From Anaerolineales bacterium (GTDB taxonomy: Bacteria; Chloroflexota; Anaerolineae; Anaerolineales; UBA11579), in assembly GCA_024710875.1 (NCBI GenBank), contig JANJTX010000151.1:3173-67172 (forward strand): a DNA stretch of 64,000 nucleotides. Reading direction: 5' to 3'. This document shows, in pieces, positions 9,809-23,721 of the stretch. Position 1 is the first letter of the stretch; every line of letters begins with the position of its first letter. Made by a program: the position numbers and the translations under genes. The notes beneath the pieces were generated by a model. It made no database searches and was not told the origin of the DNA. It worked only from the letters and a program-made list of their open reading frames with translations.

Positions 9809-9985
9809 ATACAGTAATTAATAACGAGTGAATGAGTGATGAGTTGCAGGGAAATGGCCGCGATCCCTCACTGTGCTCGGGATGACAAAGTCTTGCCGGG
9901 TGATGTTTGCCTCTGAATAACAGTTAATGACCACTTACTCGTTACCTATTACCAGTTAGCCTCTTTTCCCTTACAATCTTCGCTT

Positions 9986-11205
9986 ATGCAAGCTCTGCGC
10001 GACCGTCTCAACGCCTCCTGGCCGTGGCTGCTCGGCCTGTACACTTTCGCCAGCCTGGTGGAGACCATCTTCTACAGCCAGTTGCTGGCCTTCACCCCGT
10101 TGTACCTGCCGCGCCTGGGCGTGGCGGAAAGCGATATCCCGTATTATGTCGGGTTGATTACCGCCCTCGCCAATGCTCTCGGCATTCCGCTCCTGCCGTT
10201 CTGGGGCGCGCTGGCCGACCGCTACTCGCGCAAACCCATCATTATCCGCTCGTTCGTCGTGCTGTTGCTGGCCGGGCTGCTGGCCCTGCTGGCGCGTAAC
10301 ATCTGGGTCTTTGTAGTGGCGCGCGCCATCACCTCCTTCGCCCTCGGTAACAGCGGCCTGATGATGACGACCCTGACGGAACGCCTGCCGCGCCACCGCC
10401 TGGGCCTGGGCTTCTCGATCATGAACAGCGCCGCGCCGATCGGGGCTTTTCTCGGCCCGCTCATCGGCGGCCCGATTGTGGATGCCTATGGCTTCCCGAC
10501 CTTGCTGGTCTTCAATACGTCTCTGGTGCTGCTGGTGGTGCTGGGCCTGGCTTTCGGCTACCGGGATGCCTTCAAGGGTCGCAACACCGGGCCGCTGGCC
10601 CGCATGGCGCTTGAATCGTTTCGCATCCTGTGGGACTCGCGCCGCCTGCGCTGGCTGTTTCCGGCGCTGTTTTTCGTCTTTGGCGGCTGGATGCTGTCCT
10701 TCACTTATGTGCCGCTGGCGGTGGCCGAGCTCTATAGCGGCCCGGAGCCCGGCCGGGCGATTGGCCTGGTGCTGGGGGCCAGCGGGGTCGCGACTCTGAT
10801 ATTAAGCCCGCTGCTGGGCGCGCTGGCGGACCGCTTCGGCCAATGGCGGGTGCTGTTCCTCGGCGGGCTGGCTACGCTGGTGCTATGGCCGGTGCCCGCC
10901 TACATGCCGGAGATCGTCTCGTTTGGGGTGGTGTGGGCAATACTCAATGGCGTGGTGTCAGCCATTTTTGCGCTCTCGTTCAGCGTGCTGGCCGGTTCCA
11001 CGACCGACTCGGTGCGCGGCCGGGTGATGTCCTTCGCCTATCTGCCCGCCAATATCGGCTTCACCATGGGCGCGGCGCTCGGCACGCAAATTACTCAAAC
11101 CAGCGTGTTCAATGTCTTTCCGGCTTCAGCGGGCATGACCGCCATCGGCCTGCTGCTGCTGTGGGTCGCATCCCGCCAGCCGGTGCCAGCCGACGCGCCG
11201 CCAAC

Positions 11206-11209
<4 letters not shown>
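9986..11209 (+). CDS. MFS transporter
   Basis: The 407-aa polytopic protein carries the GALADRYSRKP and GALADRFGQWR MFS loop motifs. Confidence 0.85.
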
Positions 11210-12504
<1,295 letters not shown>

Positions 12505-12535
12505 TACCGGCTATAACCCCGCTGGCGTCTGAATG

Positions 12536-13768
12536 TCACGCCGCTTCCGGGGCGGCTGCCGCCAGGCGCGCTTTGGCCCGGCCATGCAGAGTCAGATAGC
12601 CCGCCATCGCAATGGCGCAGAACAGCATGCCCCACAGCCACAGGCTGTTCGGGTTGTAATTATCCAGCACCAGCCCGGCCAGAATTGGCCCAACCGCCCA
12701 GGGAATCGTCCAGGCCAGCGCAAAGACTGCCATGTAGCGGCCGCGCATATCTTCGGGGGCCAGTTGGGCCGCCAGCGATTGGGCTACTGGAATGACAATC
12801 ATTTCGCCGATGGTAATGAAAACCATGGCCAGAATGAACAGGGGCAGGCCATAGACAAACGCGTACATGCCGAACCCCACCAGATAGAACAGACCGCCGA
12901 GGACCATCAGCAACAGGGGCGGCCGGGTTTTCAGGCGGCGCGTCAGCCAGAATTGCAGCAACACGACCATGGCGGCGTTGATGCTCAAAATGAGACCGTA
13001 GTCGGTGGGCGGCGCGCCACGCGCATCCCGCAGGAAAACCGGCAAAGAGGAATTCATCTGGATATAAACGGTGTTGAGAAAGGTGGAGGCAACCAGGAAA
13101 CCGATGAAGGCCGTATCGCGCAGCACCACGCCATAACCGGCCAGCGTACGCCCAAAGGGTTCATGCTCATGGCCAGGGGCGGCGGCCGGTTTGGTTTCAG
13201 CCAGGGCGAAGAAAATAATGATGGCAGTGATGATGCTGGTTACCGCATCTGACCAGAAGAGCCAGAGGTAAGAACGGGTGGCCATAAGGCCGCCAATCAG
13301 TGGGCCAATCATCACCGCCAGATTGACCACTACCCGCCAGATGCCATAGCCCTCGGTACGCTGTTCTTCCGGAAGCAGGTCGGCCACCATGGCCTGCTGG
13401 GCGGGGCCGGCCATATCCGACAGTACGCCGACCACCCCCGCCACGATGTAGAACACCGCCAGGCTGTCCACATACGCCATGACCACGCTGCTGGAGGCGC
13501 TGACCACCAGCCCGAAAATGACCAGCACCTTGCGCCCGAAGCGGTCTGCCAGGGCGCCGCCCACAAAACCGCCCACCTGGCTGGAGAGGGCAAAGATAGC
13601 AAACAACCCGCCGACGACCGTCATCCCGACATCAAACCGGGCAGAAACATACAGGGCAAAGAACGGAAAAAGTATCGCCCCACCGAGGCGGTCAATGAAA
13701 GAAGACCCCATCAATATCCAGAAGGGGCGCGGAAAACGGCGGAAGGTTTCAGATGCAGCGGTCAGCAT
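12536..13768 (-). CDS. MFS transporter
   Basis: The 410-aa polytopic protein carries the GALADRFGRK motif. Confidence 0.85.
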   Translation of the reverse strand: MLTAASETFRRFPRPFWILMGSSFIDRLGGAILFPFFALYVSARFDVGMTVVGGLFAIFALSSQVGGFVGGALADRFGRKVLVIFGLVVSASSSVVMAYVDSLAVFYIVAGVVGVLSDMAGPAQQAMVADLLPEEQRTEGYGIWRVVVNLAVMIGPLIGGLMATRSYLWLFWSDAVTSIITAIIIFFALAETKPAAAPGHEHEPFGRTLAGYGVVLRDTAFIGFLVASTFLNTVYIQMNSSLPVFLRDARGAPPTDYGLILSINAAMVVLLQFWLTRRLKTRPPLLLMVLGGLFYLVGFGMYAFVYGLPLFILAMVFITIGEMIVIPVAQSLAAQLAPEDMRGRYMAVFALAWTIPWAVGPILAGLVLDNYNPNSLWLWGMLFCAIAMAGYLTLHGRAKARLAAAAPEAA

Positions 13769-13864
13769 GGCAGGTTCTCCTCACGGCCGATATTGTACAT
13801 TAGTTCTATAAATCCGGGCAGTCTGTCTTTTTGCCACCAATGGCTTTTGTGGTAGCATGCCGCC

Positions 13865-15196
13865 ATGAAAACGACCTTAAAATTGACCCTGCTTCTCTCG
13901 GCCGCCCTGCTGCTGGCCTGCCAGACCGTCACGGGTTTGCTTTCTCCGTCCACCGCCACGCCGCTGCCTGCCAGCGCGACCACCGTCTCCCCGCTGGCCC
14001 CCACCGCGGCCAGCCCGGCCGGCACGCCAGAAGCAGAAACCTTCAGCCTGCCCCAGCATCAGCAGCAGGAAATCCTAGATGCGCTCTGGCAAATCATCGC
14101 CACCGAATACCTGTACCCGGATCTGAACGGGCTGGATTGGGATGAAATCCATGCCGAATACAGCGACAAGATTGCGGCTGGCCTTAGCGACCAGGAATTT
14201 TATTTCGCCATGGATGAGATGATTTTCCGGCTGGGCGATGACCACTCTGCCTTTCTCAGCCCGGCACAGGTCGCCGAAGAAGAGGCTGTGTATGCCGGCA
14301 ACCTGGATTACGTCGGTATTGGCGTTTATCTGGGCGGCGTGCCGGAACGTGAGCGGGCCGTGATTTATATGATCATCCCCGGTGGCTCAGCCGAGGCGGC
14401 CGGTCTGCAGGCCCGCGACAGCATCCTGACGGTGGACGGCCAACCGGTACTGGATGAGTTCGGCTACCCCACCGATACCATTCGCGGGCCGGAGGGCACC
14501 CCGGTGGTGCTGGAAGTACAAACCCCCGGCGAAGCCCCGCGCACGCTTACCCTGACCCGCACCCGCATCACCGGCACGCTGCCGGTGCCATATAACCTAC
14601 TCACCACCCCGGCCGGGCAGCGCATCGGCTACATCTTTATCCCGACCTTTGCAGACAGCAACGTGGATGGGCTGGTGCGGGACGCGCTGGAAAACCTCAC
14701 CGCCAGCGGGCCGCTGGACGGCCTGATTCTGGACAACCGCCTCAACGATGGCGGCTTTGAAAGCGAACTGCGCGGCACCCTGCGCCTGTTTACGGATGGC
14801 GTGGTGGGTTATTTTGTCAACCGCGACGGGCGCGAGCCCCTGCGGGTGAGCGGGCTGGATATCAATGGCTCGCAAACCGTACCGCTGGTGGTGCTGGTGG
14901 GCGAGAACACCTACTCTTATGGAGAGGTCTTCTCCGGCGTGCTGGGCGACCAGAACCGCGCCACCCTGATTGGCGAAACGACCCTCGGCAATGTGGAAAC
15001 GCTGTGGAGTTATGACTTTTCAGACGGTTCACGCGCCTGGCTGGCGCATGACACCTTTGCCCCGGCCAATAACCCGGAAATCGATTGGGAGGAAACCGGT
15101 ATCGTGGTGGATATCCTCGCCCCAGCCGACTGGGACCTGACCACCCAGGCCGATGACCCCGCCATCCTGGCCGCCCTGAAATTTTTTGACGAGTAG
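13865..15196 (+). CDS. S41 family C-terminal processing peptidase, lipoprotein
   Basis: LLLSAALLLAC reads as a lipobox. A PDZ-like segment GGSAEAAGLQARDSILTVDG is present. The overall architecture is tail-specific-protease-like. Confidence 0.8.
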   Translation: MKTTLKLTLLLSAALLLACQTVTGLLSPSTATPLPASATTVSPLAPTAASPAGTPEAETFSLPQHQQQEILDALWQIIATEYLYPDLNGLDWDEIHAEYSDKIAAGLSDQEFYFAMDEMIFRLGDDHSAFLSPAQVAEEEAVYAGNLDYVGIGVYLGGVPERERAVIYMIIPGGSAEAAGLQARDSILTVDGQPVLDEFGYPTDTIRGPEGTPVVLEVQTPGEAPRTLTLTRTRITGTLPVPYNLLTTPAGQRIGYIFIPTFADSNVDGLVRDALENLTASGPLDGLILDNRLNDGGFESELRGTLRLFTDGVVGYFVNRDGREPLRVSGLDINGSQTVPLVVLVGENTYSYGEVFSGVLGDQNRATLIGETTLGNVETLWSYDFSDGSRAWLAHDTFAPANNPEIDWEETGIVVDILAPADWDLTTQADDPAILAALKFFDE

Positions 15197-15281
15197 CGCG
15201 ACCATAGAAGCTGTCTAGAAAGATCACACGCTTTCTACAATTTTTACACCTTTAGTTGCGCAGTTTGAGTGAAATTTTCGC

Positions 15282-15309
15282 GTAGGGGCGACCTGCAGGT
15301 CGCCCCTAC
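15282..15309. terminator. Perfect 12-bp-stem palindrome between convergent genes (REP-like / bidirectional terminator candidate)
   Basis: The sequence is GTAGGGGCGACC-TGCA-GGTCGCCCCTAC. It lies between the stop of the S41 peptidase (+) and the stop of nadD (-). There is no flanking U-run. Confidence 0.5.
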
Positions 15310-15341
15310 CAATCGCTATTCAAAGACTTGCTAAACAGTTC

Positions 15342-15953
15342 CTACTTCAAATACAGCCCTCGCTGCTGGATGACCGCCAGTACCGCTGGCGGCAGGTAAT
15401 AGCGGTGCGGGCGACCCTCAGCAATGCGCCGCCGAATCTGGCGCGAGGAGATTTCCAGTAACGGGGCGCGGATGAACTGCACCCGGGCGCTTACCCCCGG
15501 CAGTTTGGCCTCCAGGGTCGGCAGGTCAAAACGCTGGTAGGGCCGCCGCATCACCCCCAGAATGTCGCAGCCTTGCACAAAGTCCTGCGCCCGCCGCCAG
15601 CCGGGCAGGTCACGCAACGAATCGCCACCCATCAGAAAAGCCAGCGTGCTATCCGGGTATTGCTGGCGCACCAGTTGGACCGTATCGGCGCTGTAATGCG
15701 GGCCGGGGCGGTCAATTTCAATCGTGGAGAGTTCAAACAGCGGGTTATCGGCAATGGCGGCCTGCAGCATTTCAAGGCGCGCCACCAGCGGCGTCATCGG
15801 CCGACCGGATTTGTGTGGCGGTTGAGGCGTGAGTACCCACAGCAGACGGTCGAGCGCCAGCTGGCTGCGGGCTTCGGCTGCCAGAATCAGATGCCCCTGA
15901 TGGGGTGGGTCAAACGTGCCGCCAAAAACGCCGATACGCATCTGCTCGCTCAC
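15342..15953 (-). CDS. nadD: Nicotinate-nucleotide adenylyltransferase
   Basis: The GVFGGTFDPPHQGHL (H/T-x-G-H) motif is present and the length is about 200 aa. The track start is a GTG, and an in-frame ATG at 15941 (MRIGVFGG) is an alternative start. Confidence 0.9.
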   Translation of the reverse strand: MSEQMRIGVFGGTFDPPHQGHLILAAEARSQLALDRLLWVLTPQPPHKSGRPMTPLVARLEMLQAAIADNPLFELSTIEIDRPGPHYSADTVQLVRQQYPDSTLAFLMGGDSLRDLPGWRRAQDFVQGCDILGVMRRPYQRFDLPTLEAKLPGVSARVQFIRAPLLEISSRQIRRRIAEGRPHRYYLPPAVLAVIQQRGLYLK

Positions 15954-15988
15954 ATTACCAATTACAAGTTACCGGTTACCGACCAATT

Positions 15989-17251
15989 CTAATCTTCCCA
16001 TTCCAGTTCAAAATCACCAATCACCACCGTATCGCCCTGCTTGATGCCGGCTTCGCGCAAGGCTTCGTCGATGCCGAGGCTTTCCAGAATGCGCTGGAAG
16101 CGGCGGGCGGACTGGTCGTGCTCCCAGTAGGTCATGCTGGCAGCGCGTTCAATCGCCGTGCCGACCACCTGCCAGTAGCCTTCCACGGTGCGTTTGATTT
16201 CAAACTGATTTGGGTCTTCCTGTGGGCGGTAAACCGGCAGGGCCGCCACCGATGGCGGGGCGGGCGCTTCGGCCAGCAAGCTGTGAGCGCGGTAGAGCAG
16301 GGCGCGTACACCCTCCCCCGTGACGGCCGAAACCAGAAACGGTTGCAGGCCGCGCTGCTCAAAGGCCTGCTTCAGTTCCGGCCAGCGCGCCTTCACATCC
16401 GGCAAATCGGCTTTGTTGACTGCCACCAGTTGCGGTTTGCTACCCAGGGTTTCATCAAACAGGGCCAGTTCGCTGTTAATCTGGCTGTAATCGGCCAGCG
16501 GGTCCTCGTTACTGCCATCCAGCATATGAATCAGCACGCGGGTGCGCTGAATATGGCGCAGGAAGTCATGCCCCAGTCCCACGCCCATGTGGGCACCTTC
16601 AATCAGCCCGGGAATATCAGCCAGCACGAGGTCGTTGCTTTCATCCAGCAAGGCCACACCGAGGTTGGGCGTGAGAGTGGTAAACGGGTAGTCGGCGATT
16701 TTCGGTTTGGCGTTGGTGCTGGCCGCCAGCAGGGTGGACTTGCCCGCATTGGGCAAACCGACAATGCCGACATCCGCAATCAGTTTCAGTTCCAGTTTGA
16801 GCTGCCGTTCTACGGCCGGCTCGCCCTTGGTGGCGATGCGCGGGGTCTGGTTGCGCGAGGTGGCGTAATGCTGGTTGCCGCGCCCGCCCTTGCCGCCTTT
16901 GGCAACCACCAGTTGCTGGCCGTCTTCGGTCAAGTCGCCAATGGGTTCACCTGTCAGGGCATCATAGACAATCGTGCCAGTCGGGACGGGCAGAATCAGG
17001 TCACCGCCCGCCCGGCCGGAGCGCTGGCTGGGGCCGCCGGGGCGGCCATCATCGGCGGCGTGGCGCTTCTTACGGTGGTAGGCATTCAGGCTGGTCAGCC
17101 CGGCGCGCGCTTCCAGTATTACATCGCCGCCGCGACCGCCATCGCCGCCATCCGGGCCACCGCGCGGCACAAACTTTTCACGCCGGAAATGCACCATGCC
17201 ATTCCCGCCCTTGCCGGATTGTACTGTAATGGTCGTCTCGTCAATAAACAT
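15989..17251 (-). CDS. obg: GTPase Obg/CgtA
   Basis: The protein starts MFIDE and has a Gly-rich Obg fold. G1 is GLPNAGKST and G3 is DIPGLIEGA. A C-terminal OCT-like domain ends DFELEWED. The start is set at the ATG at 17251; the track uses the GTG at 17260. Confidence 0.95.
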   Translation of the reverse strand: MFIDETTITVQSGKGGNGMVHFRREKFVPRGGPDGGDGGRGGDVILEARAGLTSLNAYHRKKRHAADDGRPGGPSQRSGRAGGDLILPVPTGTIVYDALTGEPIGDLTEDGQQLVVAKGGKGGRGNQHYATSRNQTPRIATKGEPAVERQLKLELKLIADVGIVGLPNAGKSTLLAASTNAKPKIADYPFTTLTPNLGVALLDESNDLVLADIPGLIEGAHMGVGLGHDFLRHIQRTRVLIHMLDGSNEDPLADYSQINSELALFDETLGSKPQLVAVNKADLPDVKARWPELKQAFEQRGLQPFLVSAVTGEGVRALLYRAHSLLAEAPAPPSVAALPVYRPQEDPNQFEIKRTVEGYWQVVGTAIERAASMTYWEHDQSARRFQRILESLGIDEALREAGIKQGDTVVIGDFELEWED

Positions 17252-17370
17252 ATTCAACACTACGCTCTCTAATTAAAAACACGAAAGCCAATTATATCAT
17301 CCAGCGGTTGCACCTAAATTGTACAATTCTTGTGTGGAAAAGCACTATTAATGGTAAACTTAGCCGGTTA

Positions 17371-17390
17371 TTTGTACGAAATAATACAAA
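17371..17390. promoter_or_regulatory. Candidate Rex autoregulatory operator (weak)
   Basis: TTTGTAcgaaataaTACAAA has 6-bp inverted arms and lies 16 nt upstream of the rex start. It shares the outer TTGT...ACAA of the Rex consensus TTGTGAA-N4-TTCACAA, but the inner positions differ. Confidence 0.3.
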
Positions 17391-17405
17391 CGGAGAGTTC
17401 CCGTA

Positions 17406-18026
17406 ATGGCGCAAAAAAATATCCCGGATATTGTCATTGGCCGACTGCCAATTTATCTTCGCTCGCTGCAACGTATGGAAGACGAGGGTCGGCAGGTCAC
17501 TTCATCCCAGGAGTTGGGCGAACGGCTGGGCATTTCGGCGGCCCAGATTCGCAAAGACCTTTCCCAGTTTGGCGAATTCGGCAAACAGGGCACCGGCTAC
17601 AACATTGAGTTCCTGTCCAAAAAAATCCGCGACATCCTGAATGTCGAGCGAGTGTGGGAGGTGGCGCTGGTGGGCGCTGGAGACATCGGCTCGGCCCTCG
17701 CCCGCTACAACGGCTTCAACCAGCGCGGCTTTCTAATTAAACTCATCTTTGACAACGACCCGCGCAAGATCGGCTCGCGGATCGGCGAATTCACCATCCT
17801 GGATGCCACCCGCATGGCGGCTGAAATCCAGCGCGCCGGGGTACAGGTGGCGATGGTTTCCGTGCCAGCCGCCCATGCCCAAGGCGTAGCCGACCAGTTG
17901 GTAGAAGCGGGCATCAAGGCCATCCTGAACTATGCGCCGGTTAATCTCAATGTGCCGGCCGGGGTGCGCGTCCAGCACATTGACCCGGTCGTGCATCTGC
18001 AACGCATGACCTATTATCTGGATTGA
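17406..18026 (+). CDS. rex: Redox-sensing transcriptional repressor Rex
   Basis: The N-terminal winged helix reads RLPIYLRSL...SSQELGERLGISAAQIRKDLSQFGEFGKQGTGY. A Rossmann motif LVGAGDIGSAL follows. Confidence 0.95.
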   Translation: MAQKNIPDIVIGRLPIYLRSLQRMEDEGRQVTSSQELGERLGISAAQIRKDLSQFGEFGKQGTGYNIEFLSKKIRDILNVERVWEVALVGAGDIGSALARYNGFNQRGFLIKLIFDNDPRKIGSRIGEFTILDATRMAAEIQRAGVQVAMVSVPAAHAQGVADQLVEAGIKAILNYAPVNLNVPAGVRVQHIDPVVHLQRMTYYLD

Positions 18027-18039
18027 GTCCAGTACATCA

Positions 18040-18079
18040 AAAAAACGCCCTGCCTTTTTGAACCGGCAGGGCGTTTTTA
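18040..18079. terminator. Bidirectional rho-independent terminator
   Basis: The ACGCCCTGCC/GGCAGGGCGT 10-bp stem is flanked by an A-run and a T-run. It lies between convergent rex (+) and mreB (-). Confidence 0.85.
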
Positions 18080-18105
18080 TATCCCTTTGATGAGGCGGGG
18101 CTGGC

Positions 18106-19116
18106 TTAGAACTGGGGCAGGTTGCGCTGCAAGAGCTTATAGAGGTCCTGGGCGCGGCAGGCGCCCTCGGCCACGCAGGTCAGCGGGTTATCCACCAGGT
18201 AGGTAGGTACGCCCAGTTTCTGGGTCATCAATTTTTCCATGCCGCGCAGCAATGCGCCGCCACCGCACAGGGCAATGCCGCGGTCAATGATGTCGCTGGC
18301 CAGTTCCGGGGGCGTTTTTTCCAGCACCCGGCGCACGGTTTCAAAGATCTGGTCGAGGGTGTCTTCCACGGCTTCTACAATCTCGCCGGTAGTTAGCGTG
18401 AGGGGTTTGGGCAGGCCGCTCACCTGATCCTGGCCCTGAATGTCAATGCTCAATTCCTGGTCCTGCGGTACGGCGGCCCCGATGCGGATTTTCACCTGTT
18501 CAGCCGTGGGCAGGCCGATAATCAGCCCGTATTTGCGACGCACATAGGTCACAATCGCTTCGTCCAAATCCAGCCCACCGAGGCGCAGGGTTTCAGCAGA
18601 GACGATGTCATGCATGGCGATGACCGCCGCTTGCGAGCAGCCGCCGCCCAGTAGCACAATCATGTTGCCCGAGGGGGTGCCAATCGGCAAGTCCACGCCG
18701 AGGGCCGCGGCCAGGGGTTGAGGGATTAACTGGGCATCACCCACATCCAGGGCGGCTTCATGCACCGCCCGCCGCTCAACGCTGGTGATGCCGTACGGGT
18801 GGGTGATCATTATTTTGGGACGCAGTTTAATGAAGCCAAACCCGCCGCCAATCCGTTCCAGCAACTGGCTGAGCAAAATCTGGGTGTACTCGTAGTAGGC
18901 TACTACGCCATGCCGCAAGACTCGCGTTACCTGGATATGGTCTTCGTCCACCCGGCCAAGCATGTTCTGGGCGGCGCGGCCAATTTCCACCATTTTTTGG
19001 GCTTCGAGGTCTACCGCCACAATGCTGGGTTCTTCGAGGATGACTGCGCCTGCTTCGGCAATGCGCGTGAACATCGTCCCCAGATCAATCCCCAGCTCTT
19101 TTGAAAAAATACCCAT
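18106..19116 (-). CDS. mreB: Rod shape-determining protein MreB
   Basis: The actin-like ATPase motifs GIDLGT and LCGGGALLRG are present in a 336-aa protein. Confidence 0.95.
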   Translation of the reverse strand: MGIFSKELGIDLGTMFTRIAEAGAVILEEPSIVAVDLEAQKMVEIGRAAQNMLGRVDEDHIQVTRVLRHGVVAYYEYTQILLSQLLERIGGGFGFIKLRPKIMITHPYGITSVERRAVHEAALDVGDAQLIPQPLAAALGVDLPIGTPSGNMIVLLGGGCSQAAVIAMHDIVSAETLRLGGLDLDEAIVTYVRRKYGLIIGLPTAEQVKIRIGAAVPQDQELSIDIQGQDQVSGLPKPLTLTTGEIVEAVEDTLDQIFETVRRVLEKTPPELASDIIDRGIALCGGGALLRGMEKLMTQKLGVPTYLVDNPLTCVAEGACRAQDLYKLLQRNLPQF

Positions 19117-19122
19117 AGGGGT

Positions 19123-19584
19123 TTAGCGGGATTCGCCCGAATCCTCGCTGCGACTGCTCATCCGGCTGCGGCCGGAACGGAAACGCTGGACGACATCCAA
19201 CCGCAGGTTGGAGCGCCGCAGGGCGGCTTCCATCGCCAGATAGGTATCCAGGTCGCCGCCAGTTTTGGCGTCCGTCAGCATTTCCTGGGCGCGCTTGCGG
19301 GCTTCTTCGGCCCGCCCAATGTCAATTTCATCCACGCTTTCAGCGGCATCTGCCAGAATGGTTACGATGTCCGGCTGTACTTCCACCAGGCCACCGGTAA
19401 CCGTAAAGACTTCTTCTTCGGCGCCTTTACGTACCCGGATGACACCCAAACCAAGGGTAGCCAGCACCGGGGCATGGCGCGGCAGGATGCCCATCTCGCC
19501 CGACGAGCCGGGGACGACCACCATATCGACATCTTCTTCGTAGACCAGCCGGTCCTGCGAGACGATTTCACAGCGGATTGTCAC
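19123..19584 (-). CDS. atpC: F1 ATP synthase epsilon subunit (with Ser/Arg-rich C-terminal tail)
   Basis: The protein reads IVSQDRLVYEEDVDMVVVPGSSGEMGILPRHAP and lies immediately after atpD. The tail RSGRSRMSSRSEDSGESR extends beyond the usual length. Confidence 0.9.
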   Translation of the reverse strand: MTIRCEIVSQDRLVYEEDVDMVVVPGSSGEMGILPRHAPVLATLGLGVIRVRKGAEEEVFTVTGGLVEVQPDIVTILADAAESVDEIDIGRAEEARKRAQEMLTDAKTGGDLDTYLAMEAALRRSNLRLDVVQRFRSGRSRMSSRSEDSGESR

Positions 19585-19605
19585 AGCCTACCTCCTGGGA
19601 CCTGA

Positions 19606-21920
<2,315 letters not shown>

Positions 21921-21939
21921 AATCCGTTAACCTAGCCGC

Positions 21940-23598
21940 TTAGAAGGTAGCGTTGAAAGCGTCAATGGCGGCGCGCAGTTTCTTTTCGGATTCGTCCGTA
22001 AGACGCTTCTCTTCGCGAATGGCCTTGACCACTTCCGGGTGGGAGGTGTGCATAAAGCGCAGCAGGCCGGTTTCCCATTCCTGCATCCGGTCGAGGTCAA
22101 TCTCATCCGCATAGCCCTTGGTACCAGCAAAAATCGCGATGACCTGATCTTCCATTTCAACCGGCTGGTACTGGGGCTGTTTGAGGATTTCCTGCAAACG
22201 CTGGCCGCGGTTCAGGCGTGCCTGCGTGCCCTTGTCCAGGCCGGAGCCGAACTGGGCGAAGGCTGCCAGCTCACGGAAGGAGGCCATATCGAGGCGCAGA
22301 CCGCCAGCCACCTGCTTCATGGCTTTGGTCTGGGCATCGCCACCCACGCGCGAGACCGAGAGGCCAGCATTCACCGCCGGGCGAATGCCGGCGTAGAACA
22401 GGTCGCTTTCCAGATAAATCTGGCCGTCCGTGATGGAAATCACGTTGGTCGGCACATAAGCCGAAACGTCGCCTAGCAGAGTTTCAATAATCGGCAGGGC
22501 GGTCAGTGAGCCACCCGAGCCCTTGAGTTTCACCAGTTTGTAATCGGCGGCCTTGTCCATCGCCTTGAGGGCTTCTTCGGCATTGTGCTTCGCCAGCGGA
22601 CCTTCGTAGGTCTGGCCATTGGCAGCGTCTTTGGGATCGGCTTCAGACCCGGCGAAATCCTTCTTCACGATGACGAAGTTGTCCGAAAGACGGGCGGCGC
22701 GCTCCAGCAGGCGGGAGTGCAGGTAGAACACATCACCCGGGTAGGCTTCACGGCCGGGCGGGCGGCGCAGCAGCAAAGACACCTGGCGGTAAGCCCAGGC
22801 GTGCTTGGAGAGGTCGTCGTACACAATCAGGGCATCCCGACCGGTTTCCATAAATTCTTCGCCGATGGAACAACCCGCGTAGGGGGCAATGTACTGGAGG
22901 GCGGCTGATTCATCCGCCGCCGCCACCACGATGACCGTGTTGGACATGGCGCCGTTGGCTTCCAGAATGGCGACGGTGCGGGCAATGGCAGCCTTCTTCT
23001 GGCCGATAGCGACGTAGATACACACGACGCCCTTGTCTTTCTGGTTGATGATGGCGTCAATCGCCAGTGCGGTCTTGCCGGTCTGGCGGTCGCCGATGAT
23101 GAGCTCGCGCTGGCCGCGGCCGACCGGGGTCAGGGCATCCACGGCCTTGATGCCGGTCTGCACCGGGGTGTCCACGTCCTTGCGGACGATAACGCCGGGG
23201 GCGATACGTTCAATCGGGCGGAAGCCGGTGGCGGCGATGGGGCCTTTCCCGTCAATCGGTTCGCCGAGCGCATTGACCACGCGGCCAATCATGGCATCGC
23301 CGACCGGTACGGAAGCGATACGGCCGGTGGAGCGCACGGTCATGCCTTCTTCAATACCGGTGAATTCGCCCATCACGATGATGCCGACGCTTTCGGCCTC
23401 AAGGTTGAAGGCGATGCCCATCACCCCGTTATCAAACTGGACGAGTTCCTGGGCTTTCACATCCCGCAGGCCGCGGGCACGGGCGATGCCGTCGCCGGCT
23501 TCGTACACCGTACCGACGTCGCGCACGCCCAGGTCGGGCTGGAAATCCTGGATTTGTTTTTGCAGGCTGGCAGAAAGGTCTTTAAGCATGTCAGACAT
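21940..23598 (-). CDS. atpA: F1 ATP synthase alpha subunit carrying an internal insertion of about 50 aa
   Basis: Walker A GDRQTGKT and the conserved [10 protein letters not shown] block are present. At 552 aa it is longer than the roughly 500-aa alpha subunits I recall. The extra segment lies between [10 protein letters not shown] and GGSLTALP. Confidence 0.95.
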   Translation of the reverse strand: MSDMLKDLSASLQKQIQDFQPDLGVRDVGTVYEAGDGIARARGLRDVKAQELVQFDNGVMGIAFNLEAESVGIIVMGEFTGIEEGMTVRSTGRIASVPVGDAMIGRVVNALGEPIDGKGPIAATGFRPIERIAPGVIVRKDVDTPVQTGIKAVDALTPVGRGQRELIIGDRQTGKTALAIDAIINQKDKGVVCIYVAIGQKKAAIARTVAILEANGAMSNTVIVVAAADESAALQYIAPYAGCSIGEEFMETGRDALIVYDDLSKHAWAYRQVSLLLRRPPGREAYPGDVFYLHSRLLERAARLSDNFVIVKKDFAGSEADPKDAANGQTYEGPLAKHNAEEALKAMDKAADYKLVKLKGSGGSLTALPIIETLLGDVSAYVPTNVISITDGQIYLESDLFYAGIRPAVNAGLSVSRVGGDAQTKAMKQVAGGLRLDMASFRELAAFAQFGSGLDKGTQARLNRGQRLQEILKQPQYQPVEMEDQVIAIFAGTKGYADEIDLDRMQEWETGLLRFMHTSHPEVVKAIREEKRLTDESEKKLRAAIDAFNATF

Positions 23599-23721
23599 CA
23601 GTCCATCTCCAATTGTCGGGCTGTGTTAGATTTTATGTACAGGCCCTACCGGGCAGGTTGCACCTTAAAAATCGAGCCAATGTGAGTTAAGGCGCGGTAA
23701 TCATACCTGATTGCAGGGTAT

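Noticed and set aside
15905-17272. 455-aa plus-strand ORF
   Set aside because: It lies exactly antisense to obg, which is unambiguous from its G1/G3 motifs.
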